From the NCBI GenBank assembly GCA_964428355.1, contig CAYRYU010000004.1, positions 67,261 through 131,260 of the forward strand: 64,000 nt of DNA, given 5' to 3'. Positions 9,243 through 18,462 of this stretch are shown here, one piece after another (the stretch's first letter is position 1; every line of letters begins with the position of its first letter). The DNA is from an uncultured bacterium (GTDB lineage: Bacteria > Muiribacteriota > Ozemobacteria > Ozemobacterales > Ozemobacteraceae). A program made the translations under genes and the position numbers. The notes beneath the pieces are model-generated. The model had not been told where the DNA came from. It saw nothing but the letters and a program-made list of their open reading frames with translations, and ran no database searches.

Positions 9243-12127
9243 CTTACCCCCCCAGCGGTGGGTTCCGGGACAGGGCACTGAAGGATCATCACGGTCAGAT
9301 CATCCGGTGGCCTCTGATTTCCGACCGTGAGTCCATACCAGCGACGGATGGACTGCTCCGTCTCACCTGCCGATTTTCCTACCAGCGTCGGAAGAGCCGC
9401 AAACCAACGCGGGAAGCCGATCACCCCGCCTCCGGGAAGCGGGGATTCCACCATCCCGTCCGTGAAAAAGACCACGCAATCGCCTGGAACAAGTTCGTAT
9501 CGGTTCTCTGGATAGCCTTTCGAGGGGATGATTCCAAGGATGAAACCCTTCGATTCGAGGGAAACCGCTTTTCCGGAGCGGATGAGAACCGGGTGGGGGT
9601 GGCCTCCGTTCGCCACGGTGCAGGATCCTGATTTCGGATCGAAACTCAGACAGCAGCAGGTCATCGAGGTCTCCCGGGAAAAGGTTTTCAGAAAAACCTG
9701 ATTGAGTGTTTCAAGGATCGGCCCAGGATTCTTTGGGGTTCGGGGATGGAAGAAAACCGTCTTGGCCATAGCCATGACCAGTCCGGAGGCGATCCCATGC
9801 CCGACGACGTCACCGATGATCAGGATCAGTCTCCCATCGGAAGTGACGATGTAATCGAAATAGTCTCCGCCGATCTGGCTCAGGGGTTGGGAAGTCCCGA
9901 ATACCTCCCAGTTTCCGGACCGAAGGGCTTCCCTCGGAAAAAGGTGCTCCTGAACCGCGCGAGCCGGCTCCAGGTCCTGCAACCCGGTCATCATCCAGTT
10001 GAAGGTGGCGGAGAGTTTTCCCAGCTCGTCCTGGTCTCCGACGGGGATCCTGGTTTCGAAACGCCGTTGACGGATAGCTTCCACCCCATCGGAAAGGTCC
10101 CGGATCGGGACGAGGAAAATCGAGGCCAGGAACCCGCCCACGGTCACACTTCCAAAAAGGATGAACAGCCCAGAGAAAAGGAAACTCGCCCCGAGTTCCC
10201 CCAGCTCCAGCCGGATGCCGCGGTCCGAGCTTACGGCGAGGAGGTTGAACTGGGAAAGCTCTCGGCATCGGAAGCCCGTAACAAGAAGGTCGCCATCTTC
10301 CCCCGGCGCCGTCTCCCGCAAGCCCCGGTCTCCTGCTCGGACCCGGTCCAGGAAGCGCCGGACGGATTCAATCCGTCTAAAATCGGCGGGGAAGGAAAGC
10401 TCGGGGTTCTCCCTATCGAAAGCGAAAACCGTTCCCTCCTCGAGGGTCCGTCCGAAGGCAGCCAGGTTCCGCCGAACGTAATTCCGGGCCAGGTCGTCCC
10501 TGCGCCAGAAGATCGAGAGGAAGAACCGGGCGATGGAATTCCGGTCGTGGATTGGGAAGAGAATGTTCAAGAACTCCTTTCCCCCGATATCGAAAGCGCT
10601 GATCTTTCCCAGCTCATTTCCCACCCGTGCCAGGATGCTCTCGAATTCTGGGGGGAGGCCTTCCGTATCGCTTTCGCCCGATGGTCCGGAGAGCGGAGCG
10701 GTGGAGGTCCCTGTGTTCAGGATCCTAAGTAGGAATTTCGAGGTCCGGTCGAAGATCGCCATCGGTCGGGTGCCCCCAAAATGCGAAGGGGGGCTCCCAG
10801 GGAGGATTATCTCTTTCCCCGATTCATCATGGAGGGAGTCCGAGTCCCATGCGAAGCGGGGTTGCATGTCGGAGATCGACTTTTTCAGCCCCATGGGCGT
10901 CTGTTCCTCGTTGTAGATCATGGGGTAGAAGACCTGGCGCATTTCGGATTCGATCCGGTCGAATTCGAGTTGGAAGTTCCGGTCGAAAGCTTCCAGGGCG
11001 GTCTCGACACTGTCGTGAAGGGCATCTTCGAGAATCACCCGTCTCTCCCTGAGGACCTCGCCGCTGCTCCAGGCCATCAACGAAAGGGGAATTGCGGCGG
11101 TGTAGGCAAAGGCAAGGATCAGTTTCAAGCGGACCGAAAGGCTCCCGAACATTCTGCCCGAGGAAAGGCCGAAAGCCGTTAGGAAGGCAAGACTCCCAGC
11201 CACCACCAGGCCGATTATCGCTCGGGTCCTGCGAACCATTTCCGCGGGATTGTTGGGGACTGCCCGGCAGCCGAGGATCCGGATTCCCCGGCCCACCTCC
11301 CGTTTCGCCCATGTCCGGCCGCTATTGATGATGGATGCACAGTTCCCGGTTTCAAGTTCATCCAGGATTTCCCGGATGGTCCCGGTCGAAGCGCCCATGG
11401 TTCTTGCGATCTCGGGGATACGGGTGGCTCGGTGGAACACTCCGATCCTGGTTCCTTTCGACTCCCGGTTGAGGCGCCGCACCCGGTCTTGGATTGCGAG
11501 AAAGGGCCAGCGGGAGGTTTCAGAGAGGAAAACGATCATCATTCCCTGAGCCGAGGGCCGGCCGAGATACAGGTACCTTTTCTTTGCGATCTTTCTTCCC
11601 ATCTGTATGGTCCGGAATCCCCCACGGTGGATCTCGGAAAATTCGCCAAGGAAGCTTTTCAGAAAAGACGGGCCTGGGTCCTGCGGCGGGGGAAGGCCTT
11701 CCAGGAGCGCCCTGCATGCAAAGAAGAAGCGTTTGGAGAGGATGCGGGGGACGGGGTCGTCGCAGAGCCCTGGCGCGGGCTCGCCTTTGCCGTCGAGGAA
11801 CACGAACGAAAAAACCCCCGGAAACCTGCGATGCAGGGTTTTCCTGATCCGGGCGAACCTGGAACGTGCGTTAGACCCGGAAAAAACACGCCTCTCGACG
11901 GTTCCCAGAAGCCTCCCCATGAATTTCGAGGGGTTGGCGAACTCGTCCATCCCGCGGAGGGTTTTCTCGAGCCTTCTTTCCTGGTCTTTCCGCTTCCAGA
12001 GTTCCCTTTCGTGGAAAAGGAAAGCCGTTCCGAGGAAGGTGAACAACGGAGGAATCAGGCAGAAAAGAAGGACCCAAACCCTGCTGTTGGGCGATTTGTG
12101 GGCCGGCCCGCAACCTTGGGAGGTCAT
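9239..12127 (-). CDS. Membrane sensor serine phosphatase (HAMP + PP2C/SpoIIE), tandem paralogue
   Basis: 962 aa. IRDLSDGVEAIRQRRFETRIPV...DELGKLSATFNWMMTGL (HAMP). GGDYFDYIVTSDGRLILIIGDVVGHGIASGLVMAMAK (PP2C). Two TM segments bracket a roughly 300-aa periplasmic region. Confidence 0.85.
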   Translation of the reverse strand: MTSQGCGPAHKSPNSRVWVLLFCLIPPLFTFLGTAFLFHERELWKRKDQERRLEKTLRGMDEFANPSKFMGRLLGTVERRVFSGSNARSRFARIRKTLHRRFPGVFSFVFLDGKGEPAPGLCDDPVPRILSKRFFFACRALLEGLPPPQDPGPSFLKSFLGEFSEIHRGGFRTIQMGRKIAKKRYLYLGRPSAQGMMIVFLSETSRWPFLAIQDRVRRLNRESKGTRIGVFHRATRIPEIARTMGASTGTIREILDELETGNCASIINSGRTWAKREVGRGIRILGCRAVPNNPAEMVRRTRAIIGLVVAGSLAFLTAFGLSSGRMFGSLSVRLKLILAFAYTAAIPLSLMAWSSGEVLRERRVILEDALHDSVETALEAFDRNFQLEFDRIESEMRQVFYPMIYNEEQTPMGLKKSISDMQPRFAWDSDSLHDESGKEIILPGSPPSHFGGTRPMAIFDRTSKFLLRILNTGTSTAPLSGPSGESDTEGLPPEFESILARVGNELGKISAFDIGGKEFLNILFPIHDRNSIARFFLSIFWRRDDLARNYVRRNLAAFGRTLEEGTVFAFDRENPELSFPADFRRIESVRRFLDRVRAGDRGLRETAPGEDGDLLVTGFRCRELSQFNLLAVSSDRGIRLELGELGASFLFSGLFILFGSVTVGGFLASIFLVPIRDLSDGVEAIRQRRFETRIPVGDQDELGKLSATFNWMMTGLQDLEPARAVQEHLFPREALRSGNWEVFGTSQPLSQIGGDYFDYIVTSDGRLILIIGDVVGHGIASGLVMAMAKTVFFHPRTPKNPGPILETLNQVFLKTFSRETSMTCCCLSFDPKSGSCTVANGGHPHPVLIRSGKAVSLESKGFILGIIPSKGYPENRYELVPGDCVVFFTDGMVESPLPGGGVIGFPRWFAALPTLVGKSAGETEQSIRRWYGLTVGNQRPPDDLTVMILQCPVPEPTAGGVR

Positions 12128-12145
12128 CTCTCCTTCCGCAAGGAC

Positions 12146-12967
12146 CTACTTTGGGACCATTTCCGAAAGAACGTCATAGAATCCCCGGCAAAAGGCCCAG
12201 ACGGCTTCGAGTTTCGTGGCGGGTGGGGTTCCCTCGAACCGCGTCCACTCGACCGGAGGGAGAGGAATTGGGCCCGTCGCGATGATCCGGGGGATCCGAA
12301 GGACGAAATCGGGCCCGTTGTCGGCGGGAAAAAAGGCCGAGAAACCCGTGATCCTTCCGTCCCTGGTCGACAGGACTACCGAAGGGGACGCGGATCCGGA
12401 GGCTGTCAGGTAGATCGTATCGGAGGCCTCGAGAAACTTGGGAAACTTGGTTTGAAGCCTTTGCGCGAGGTATTCTGGCAGTCCGGGGTCGGTTCCCAGC
12501 ATGATAGGTTGGGTTGCGGAAAAAAGCCGGTAGGTCATGGCGATATCGAACTGGTAACCTTCCTCCTGGCCGCGGCTGATCCTCAAAACCGGAACGGGAA
12601 CGGATTCGCCATGCCCACCCCGAAAAAACACTTTGCTGGAGGGGGTGTCCAGGCGGCAGGTTGCCGTCGCACCGTCGAAATAGAATATGCAGGAGGAGGA
12701 ACGGGAAAAGATGGCGAACCAGGTCGAACCGCCCCGGACGAACCCCGCAACTCCGCTGGCGAGAAGGGAATTGCCGACGAGGACCTCGGTTTCCATGAAG
12801 AAATTCTGGATGTTCGGGCCGGAGGGCGGGAGCGAAATCCCCAGGGATTTTTCCATGCGGGTCCAGAAAACCGATTCTGTCCCCGAGGCTACGCCTTCAG
12901 CGGAAAGGCTCGGAAGCGCGGTCAGAATAAGGGTGATGATTGCTGTTACGACAGGCAGTGTTCTCAT
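12146..12967 (-). CDS. Secreted hypothetical protein (last gene of the minus-strand operon)
   Basis: Start chosen at the internal M (MRTLPVVTAIITLILTALPSLSAEG), which gives a classic signal peptide. The longest ORF would extend to 13147 but would then overlap the upstream lipid kinase gene. Confidence 0.5.
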   Translation of the reverse strand: MRTLPVVTAIITLILTALPSLSAEGVASGTESVFWTRMEKSLGISLPPSGPNIQNFFMETEVLVGNSLLASGVAGFVRGGSTWFAIFSRSSSCIFYFDGATATCRLDTPSSKVFFRGGHGESVPVPVLRISRGQEEGYQFDIAMTYRLFSATQPIMLGTDPGLPEYLAQRLQTKFPKFLEASDTIYLTASGSASPSVVLSTRDGRITGFSAFFPADNGPDFVLRIPRIIATGPIPLPPVEWTRFEGTPPATKLEAVWAFCRGFYDVLSEMVPK

Positions 12968-12974
12968 ATCTACC

Positions 12975-13916
12975 TCAACCCAGGATCGAAATGGCGCGGG
13001 GAAGGATCTTCCACCGCGCGGAAGCAGCCTCGATGATTTCGCCGTCGAAATCGACCGGCTGCGGACTCTCGAAAACAACTGATGCCTGCGAGGTTTCCAG
13101 GAAGTGGACGTCGGGATGACCTCCCAGCCCCTTCTTCTCGAACTCACCGATGAGGCTTATCAGGCGAAAGGGGGAAATCTTTTCGCAGACGGCGAGGTCG
13201 AAGAGACCGTCGTCGGTTTTCCGTTCAGTCATGAAAAAGAACTGGCCGGCGATGTGAGACCTCTTGACGAGGCTCATCCCAGTGAAAAGGCCTTCCCAGG
13301 TTTTTCCACCCGCTTCGACCTTTCCCCTGAACCCGGGGTAGGTGAAGACTTCCCAGGCCGAAACGGCCATCAGAGACCCCCAATACCAGTATCTGTAGGC
13401 GGTATTGAAAAACCCGGGCCTGCCCGTCAGCCTGAAATTCGCTGACGGGATCGTCCCCACGTGGGATGACTGGAGGAAAAAACGGGTCAGGGTTTTTCCG
13501 TCCGGGCAGGTAATCTCGATCGAAAAAACGTCGTGGGGATGCGGGGTGGCTGGGTCGATCCGGACGGGGACTCCTTCGATCCGGTCGGCTTTCGACAGCG
13601 GCTTGTGGAAGTCGTTGCTCGTTCCGAGAGCGATCGCACCCAGGTGGAGATTGAAAGAGGGCGAGCGGGGCGGGGCTTCCATCAGCGCATCCAGTACGGT
13701 CTGGATGGTCCCGTCCCCTCCGGCGGCAATGAAGTGGGTTCCCCCTCGGGAGAAGGTTTCCCGGACGCGTCCGATCATCATCTCCCGTGAACTGCACCGG
13801 TGAACGCAAAGATCCGTGAACCGTCGCCTGAGGCCGGGTTCGAGGGAGTTCCATGCCTTGTCGGCGGTTCCCCGTCCCGCGGCGGGATTGAGGAAGATTT
13901 CGAGTGTCGGCGGCAT
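12975..13916 (-). CDS. DAGK_cat-family lipid kinase (diacylglycerol/sphingosine/ceramide-kinase-like, YegS-like)
   Basis: 313 aa with the FIAAGGDGTIQTVLDAL motif (GGDGT) typical of the DAGK catalytic domain. Confidence 0.8.
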   Translation of the reverse strand: MPPTLEIFLNPAAGRGTADKAWNSLEPGLRRRFTDLCVHRCSSREMMIGRVRETFSRGGTHFIAAGGDGTIQTVLDALMEAPPRSPSFNLHLGAIALGTSNDFHKPLSKADRIEGVPVRIDPATPHPHDVFSIEITCPDGKTLTRFFLQSSHVGTIPSANFRLTGRPGFFNTAYRYWYWGSLMAVSAWEVFTYPGFRGKVEAGGKTWEGLFTGMSLVKRSHIAGQFFFMTERKTDDGLFDLAVCEKISPFRLISLIGEFEKKGLGGHPDVHFLETSQASVVFESPQPVDFDGEIIEAASARWKILPRAISILG

Positions 13917-13932
13917 TCCGGTGCTTTTCCCC

Positions 13933-15198
13933 TTACCCGAGGACTCCGTATTTCTTCCCGAGTTCCCTCAGGAGGCCCATCGAAAAGTCGAGGTCTTCCC
14001 CCGAATGTGTGGCCATGACCGTCAATCGGATCCGTTCCGTTCCGGGGGCTACGGCGGGATACTCGATGAGCGAAAGGAAAAGGCCTCGTTCGTAGGCTTC
14101 CTTGACGATTCCGTAAGCCTTTTCCCGGTTCCTGATGAAAACGGGAATGATGGGAGTGTCTTTTCCCGCCACCTCGTATCCCATCTCCTCGAGACTCGTT
14201 CTGACGATCCGCATGTTCTCGTGAAGCCGGGAAATCAGCTCGGGGTGCTCCTCCAGGACCTCCAGACCCGCAAGGCAGGCGGCGACGGTCATCGGAGCGA
14301 CCGCGGCGGTGAACATTCCCGCCCTGGCGAAATGCCGAAGCCAGTTGATCAGGACCTTGGATCCCGCGATGAAACCTCCGTAGCAGCCAAATGCCTTGCT
14401 GAAAGTGCCCATGACGATGTCGACCTCTCCCTCGACCCCGCAGGCTTCGAGGCTTCCATGACCATGGGAGCCCACAGCACCGGTTCCATGGGCGTCGTCG
14501 ACCAAAAGGGTTGCCCGGTGCCTCTTGCAGACGTCGACGATCTCACGGAGGGGCGCTATCTCGCCGTCCATGCTGTAGACGCCGTCGACCGCCACGAGCT
14601 TGAGACCCGGGATCTCCCGGGCCTCGACCAGGCAGCGGTCGAGATCCCCGGGGTCGGAATGCTTGAAAACGAACCTTCTCGCCCGGCTGAAACGGGCACC
14701 GTCGATGAGGCTCGCGTGGTTCAGTTCGTCGCCGATGAATGCGTCATTCTTGCCCAGGATCGCGGTGAGACACCCCACGTTGGCCGAATATCCCGATGGA
14801 AAGAGCATCGCCGCTTCGCACCCCTTGAAAGCGGCGAGCCGGGACTCGAACTCCTGGTGAAGTGTCGTATTTCCATTGAGAGTACAAGGTCCAGCCATGC
14901 CAATGCCCCACCGGTCGATCGCATGCTTGGTCTTTTCGATGACCCGGGGGTGGGTCGTCATCCCGAGGTAGTTGTTGCTCGCCATCATCACCATGTCGAG
15001 GGGCTTTCCGGTCTCGAGGGAAACCGCCTCGATGTGGTTCCGGCTGGGGCCGGTGGTGGTCCGGAAGAAGAGGTAAAGCTTCTGCCGGCGGGCCTCCTCG
15101 ATCACCTTGTCGAAAATCTCCATCTTTTCCTGGAGTGGGAGATCCGGGTCGGAAACCAGCGCTTTGACATCGAAATTCTGGACATCCATATTGCTCAC
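13933..15198 (-). CDS. Alpha-oxoamine synthase family PLP enzyme, serine palmitoyltransferase-like
   Basis: 421 aa with MASNNYLGMT, FPSGYSANVG, LVAVDGVYSMDGEIAPL and GTFSKAFGCYGGF (the PLP lysine). There are about 70 aa before the NNYLG core, as in Spt/ALAS and unlike BioF/Kbl. Confidence 0.85.
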   Translation of the reverse strand: MSNMDVQNFDVKALVSDPDLPLQEKMEIFDKVIEEARRQKLYLFFRTTTGPSRNHIEAVSLETGKPLDMVMMASNNYLGMTTHPRVIEKTKHAIDRWGIGMAGPCTLNGNTTLHQEFESRLAAFKGCEAAMLFPSGYSANVGCLTAILGKNDAFIGDELNHASLIDGARFSRARRFVFKHSDPGDLDRCLVEAREIPGLKLVAVDGVYSMDGEIAPLREIVDVCKRHRATLLVDDAHGTGAVGSHGHGSLEACGVEGEVDIVMGTFSKAFGCYGGFIAGSKVLINWLRHFARAGMFTAAVAPMTVAACLAGLEVLEEHPELISRLHENMRIVRTSLEEMGYEVAGKDTPIIPVFIRNREKAYGIVKEAYERGLFLSLIEYPAVAPGTERIRLTVMATHSGEDLDFSMGLLRELGKKYGVLG

Positions 15199-15953
15199 CT
15201 CGGTGGAATCTGTTCGCTGATGGCAGGCTCTTTGAACAAGGGCCCGAGAAGCTCCCGGAGAACCCGTGCGGTTTCAACGGTGGGGCGATCGGCGGGCACG
15301 ATGTCCCAGCCCTCCTTTTGGGCGCGATCCAGGAAAAGGGCCCGAAGCCGGGCCTGGAATTCCAGGAAGGTCTTTTCCGATGGCGCGGCGAATCCGCATT
15401 CGTATGGGGTCACTTTTGGTTTTCTGGACCAGGCTTCCCCGGGAGGAAGGTCGAGGAGGATCGTCCGAGAGGGCTTGGGAAAACGTTCCGCCACGTTCTG
15501 GAGCCATTCGAGCGATTCGCCGTGGAGGGCTTCGGTGAAGGCATATTTGTACCAGTAGCCGTCAGCCAGGAGGATTCCCCCCTTCGGGTCAGCCCTCTCG
15601 AGGGCTTCCATGAGCGCGTGGAAGACGAACAGAGCCCTCGGCCCTTTTTCAAGTGACCCGAGGTAGCGATGGATCGCCTCCCGGTCCGAAATGAAAGGGT
15701 GCGAGTGATACCGGGGATTGCGGGTGATCTCCCAGACCGAGACGGGAACCGCCGGGAGCCCGAACTCCTCTGAAAGCCAGTCGGCAATAAGCTTCAGATG
15801 CGTGGATTTTCCGCACCCATCCGTGCCTGTCAGGCAGATCAGCGCGGGAAGGGCGGATGTTCCGCCCGCCGGAGTTTCCCGGACTTTTCCGGTCTTCGGG
15901 AAACCCGGTCCGGATTTCCCTCGGGAGGGACGGGACCGATTGGTGGGGGCCAT
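15195..15953 (-). CDS. P-loop nucleotide/nucleoside kinase, thymidylate-kinase-like fold
   Basis: Walker A LICLTGTDGCGKSTH; a later RTILLDLPPGEAWSRK stretch resembles the Tmk lid/DR region. The start is placed at ATG 15953 with an AGGAGA RBS; the longest ORF would start at 15989. Confidence 0.55.
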   Translation of the reverse strand: MAPTNRSRPSRGKSGPGFPKTGKVRETPAGGTSALPALICLTGTDGCGKSTHLKLIADWLSEEFGLPAVPVSVWEITRNPRYHSHPFISDREAIHRYLGSLEKGPRALFVFHALMEALERADPKGGILLADGYWYKYAFTEALHGESLEWLQNVAERFPKPSRTILLDLPPGEAWSRKPKVTPYECGFAAPSEKTFLEFQARLRALFLDRAQKEGWDIVPADRPTVETARVLRELLGPLFKEPAISEQIPPR

Positions 15954-16109
15954 GGTTATCTCCTGTCCCAGTGCCGGGACACCCCCCATATATCAGAAAT
16001 CCCCCTCCCTAACAACCTGCCCCGGTGAAGGACTGCGGGAAGGCCCTTCAGAGGAGATCGGGCCTGGAATGGTTGCCTGGTGCCGGGTTCGGGATCGGCG
16101 GCGGGGGAA

Positions 16110-16859
16110 TTACCGGAGATGGATCCAATCGATGGCGAAGAGGCAGCCGTCCAGCCCGATCGTCCGGGTCATGGTGTTTTTCGTGGACGATACCTTGTAC
16201 CCGTAGGTGACGTCATACTTCGTTGCGGGGCCGAGGATCGTCAGATCCTTGCACCTGAGCTCGGCCTTGGCATTCCCGTTGGGCGCGAGGATTCCTTCGA
16301 CGGTCGGTGCGATCGGATTCGCGACCGTGGTGTTGTACAGGACCACCTTGTAGGTCAGTTCCGCGGTCGTGCGATTGACGAAAGTGATTACGGGAACGGG
16401 GGGTGGTGCCTGGACCAGCGATGCCATCACCGCCGCAAGGGCAGCCACGTCGTCATTCTTTGTTCCCGTGAAGTCGACGGTCTTGTCGGCTACCACCACG
16501 GAAAACAGATTGCTGGCCACCACCGAGGTGGACTTGATGATGACCGAACTTGGAGGGACATCTATTGCAAAGCCCTTGACATACTCGTCCACGGTCAAGG
16601 TGAACAAGTTGGGGGTGCGGGTTGTCGTCACGGGCCCGCCGATGGAAACGAGGGCATTGTTCGTCTTGAACAGGGTCGAAAGGGCTCCCGCCCTGCCGGA
16701 GCGGAGTTGGTATGTCTGATCACCAACATGGAGCAAAAAAGTGGTTCCGTTCTTGATCTCGACCCTGCCGATCAGCTTGGCCGTATCGGCCGCCAAAGGC
16801 CCGGAGGCAAGGGCAAAAACCATGAATGCCAGCAATCCTGCCATTAGACTTCTACGCAT
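16110..16859 (-). CDS. Secreted hypothetical protein (beta-rich, Thr/Val-rich)
   Basis: 249 aa with signal peptide MRRSLMAGLLAFMVFALASGPLAA. There is an AGGAGA RBS before the ATG, and a stem-loop in the 5' leader at 16890-16912. Confidence 0.5.
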   Translation of the reverse strand: MRRSLMAGLLAFMVFALASGPLAADTAKLIGRVEIKNGTTFLLHVGDQTYQLRSGRAGALSTLFKTNNALVSIGGPVTTTRTPNLFTLTVDEYVKGFAIDVPPSSVIIKSTSVVASNLFSVVVADKTVDFTGTKNDDVAALAAVMASLVQAPPPVPVITFVNRTTAELTYKVVLYNTTVANPIAPTVEGILAPNGNAKAELRCKDLTILGPATKYDVTYGYKVSSTKNTMTRTIGLDGCLFAIDWIHLR

Positions 16860-17012
16860 GTGAGTCTCCTGATGTCGCTTCGATTGAATTCCCCGAAAGG
16901 ACTTTTCGGGACACCCACGCTACGCTCCCGGTTCTGGATTGTCAAACATGGGGGAGGGAGTCGGAAAGGGGAAGGTTTTTGCCAAGGTTCCTTTGCGAGG
17001 AGGAGTTTTCGC

Positions 17013-17684
17013 TCAGCGGAAGAAGTCGCGCAGGAAGCTGATGAAGCCGACCAATGCCAGGAGGATTCCCACCGCCATTGCAAGTTTGATCCGCCAGACC
17101 GGGGTCAGATCCCGCCCTTCCTCCAGGACCAGCAGGTTCCCGGGGTCGAGGGTCGGAAACGAGCTTTTGATGAGCTTCTCCTCGCGGGTGGAAAGCGACG
17201 AGAATTCGTTGATGATCACGCCTTTGATTTCCCCTTCAGGAACCACTCCCACTGGAATCGATGCCACCGAGCTGAACCTTGTGGTTTTTACGAGCATCCG
17301 TAGATCGGCCGGGCGCGGGAAATCCTCAGGGGGGATTTCCTCGATCGTCCCGAAGGAGGCGACAATGGCTGAAAGCGATGCGTGAAAAGGGTGAGAAGCC
17401 GGAATGACCGGATAGAGGCAGTAATCTATCGGAGTCTGAAGGGTCGGGGAAGCCCCGCCCTTGCTGTCGGAAATGATGAAAAGGGCCTCGTTGAAGAGGG
17501 CTGTATGGGAACCGATTATCACATGGAGGTTTCCGGCCCCCCCGGGTTTCCCGAGCTCCTCGATGGTGACCCGCGACGGCTCGGGTAGTGCCCTACGGGA
17601 TATCTCCCGCTCCCGCCACGCCCAGAGGGCGAGCACGATCCCCAGGATCATCAGGAGGACCTTGAGCTCCGTCTTCGGGATCAT
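17013..17684 (-). CDS. Bitopic membrane protein of unknown function (TM helices at the N- and C-termini)
   Basis: Start chosen at ATG 17684 (MIPKTELKVLLMILGIVLALWAW), which has a GGGAGGG RBS. The longest ORF (to 17756) would overlap the upstream HAD gene by 29 bp. Confidence 0.5.
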   Translation of the reverse strand: MIPKTELKVLLMILGIVLALWAWREREISRRALPEPSRVTIEELGKPGGAGNLHVIIGSHTALFNEALFIISDSKGGASPTLQTPIDYCLYPVIPASHPFHASLSAIVASFGTIEEIPPEDFPRPADLRMLVKTTRFSSVASIPVGVVPEGEIKGVIINEFSSLSTREEKLIKSSFPTLDPGNLLVLEEGRDLTPVWRIKLAMAVGILLALVGFISFLRDFFR

Positions 17685-17727
17685 CGCTTTCCCTCCCGGA
17701 ACAGCGTCTGATGGCTCGAGGGTTTCG

Positions 17728-18462
17728 TCATCCGCCGACTCCGAGAATCTTCGCAAGCAGATCGTATCCCCCAGCCCATGTGGGCTGGAGCCCCTCGGGC
17801 CAGCCCTTTTCCTGGAGGAACCTGGTTCTCATAAGGAATGTCCTGACGCCGGATTTCAGGGCAAACAGGTCTTTTCGGACGTCATTGCCGATCATCAGGC
17901 AGTCCTCGGGGGAAAGCCCCTTGAGGGAAAGGAGCTCCTGGAAGAAGCGGGGTTCCTTCTTCTGCCCGATGTGGTCCTCGCTACCGGAAAAGTGTTCGAA
18001 GGATCCGGGGTTGTAGCCGGCTTTCGCAAGACGGTCCCGCGTGAAACACGAGGGCATGACGGGGTTGGTGGCGACGATCTGGCGCATTCCGCCGCTATTT
18101 CGGACCCTTTCGACGAGGTCGAGGGCCTCGGGGATGGGCCGGATGAAACGGCCAACCAGGTCCATCACTTCGCCTCCCCCAAGAACCCGCCTGGAGATCT
18201 CGCAGATCTCCGAGGGGGAAACCCCGAGCGACCGGGATAGGGTTTCGTTGAAAAGGGCATCGTTTTTTACCGGCCCGCGGTTTCGCAAAACGCGAATATA
18301 TGCCTTGGCCGTGGCCAGGAGAGCCCACGGCCGGAAAGGTTTCCCGGGGAGGGCCCGGACGAAAAGGCCGACCAGGGGGGGGATGAACCCGAACCCGGTC
18401 CAATAGGCCAGGGTTCCGTCGAGGTCCCAGAGGAGGACCTTTGGCCGCCAACTTCCGGTCAT
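17728..18462 (-). CDS. HAD-superfamily hydrolase (phosphatase)
   Basis: 244 aa. Motif I VLLWDLDGTLAYW; the downstream GNDVRKD region fits HAD motif IV. Confidence 0.7.
   Translation of the reverse strand: MTGSWRPKVLLWDLDGTLAYWTGFGFIPPLVGLFVRALPGKPFRPWALLATAKAYIRVLRNRGPVKNDALFNETLSRSLGVSPSEICEISRRVLGGGEVMDLVGRFIRPIPEALDLVERVRNSGGMRQIVATNPVMPSCFTRDRLAKAGYNPGSFEHFSGSEDHIGQKKEPRFFQELLSLKGLSPEDCLMIGNDVRKDLFALKSGVRTFLMRTRFLQEKGWPEGLQPTWAGGYDLLAKILGVGG

Noticed and set aside
9746-10732. 328-aa plus-strand ORF (and 11432-13036, 534 aa)
   Set aside because: Both are antisense to the HAMP-PP2C sensor genes and have Gly/Arg/Pro-rich composition with no motifs.
13816-15558. 580-aa plus-strand ORF
   Set aside because: It is antisense to the AOS, DAGK_cat and Tmk-like genes, which all carry strong family motifs. 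This is a shadow ORF.
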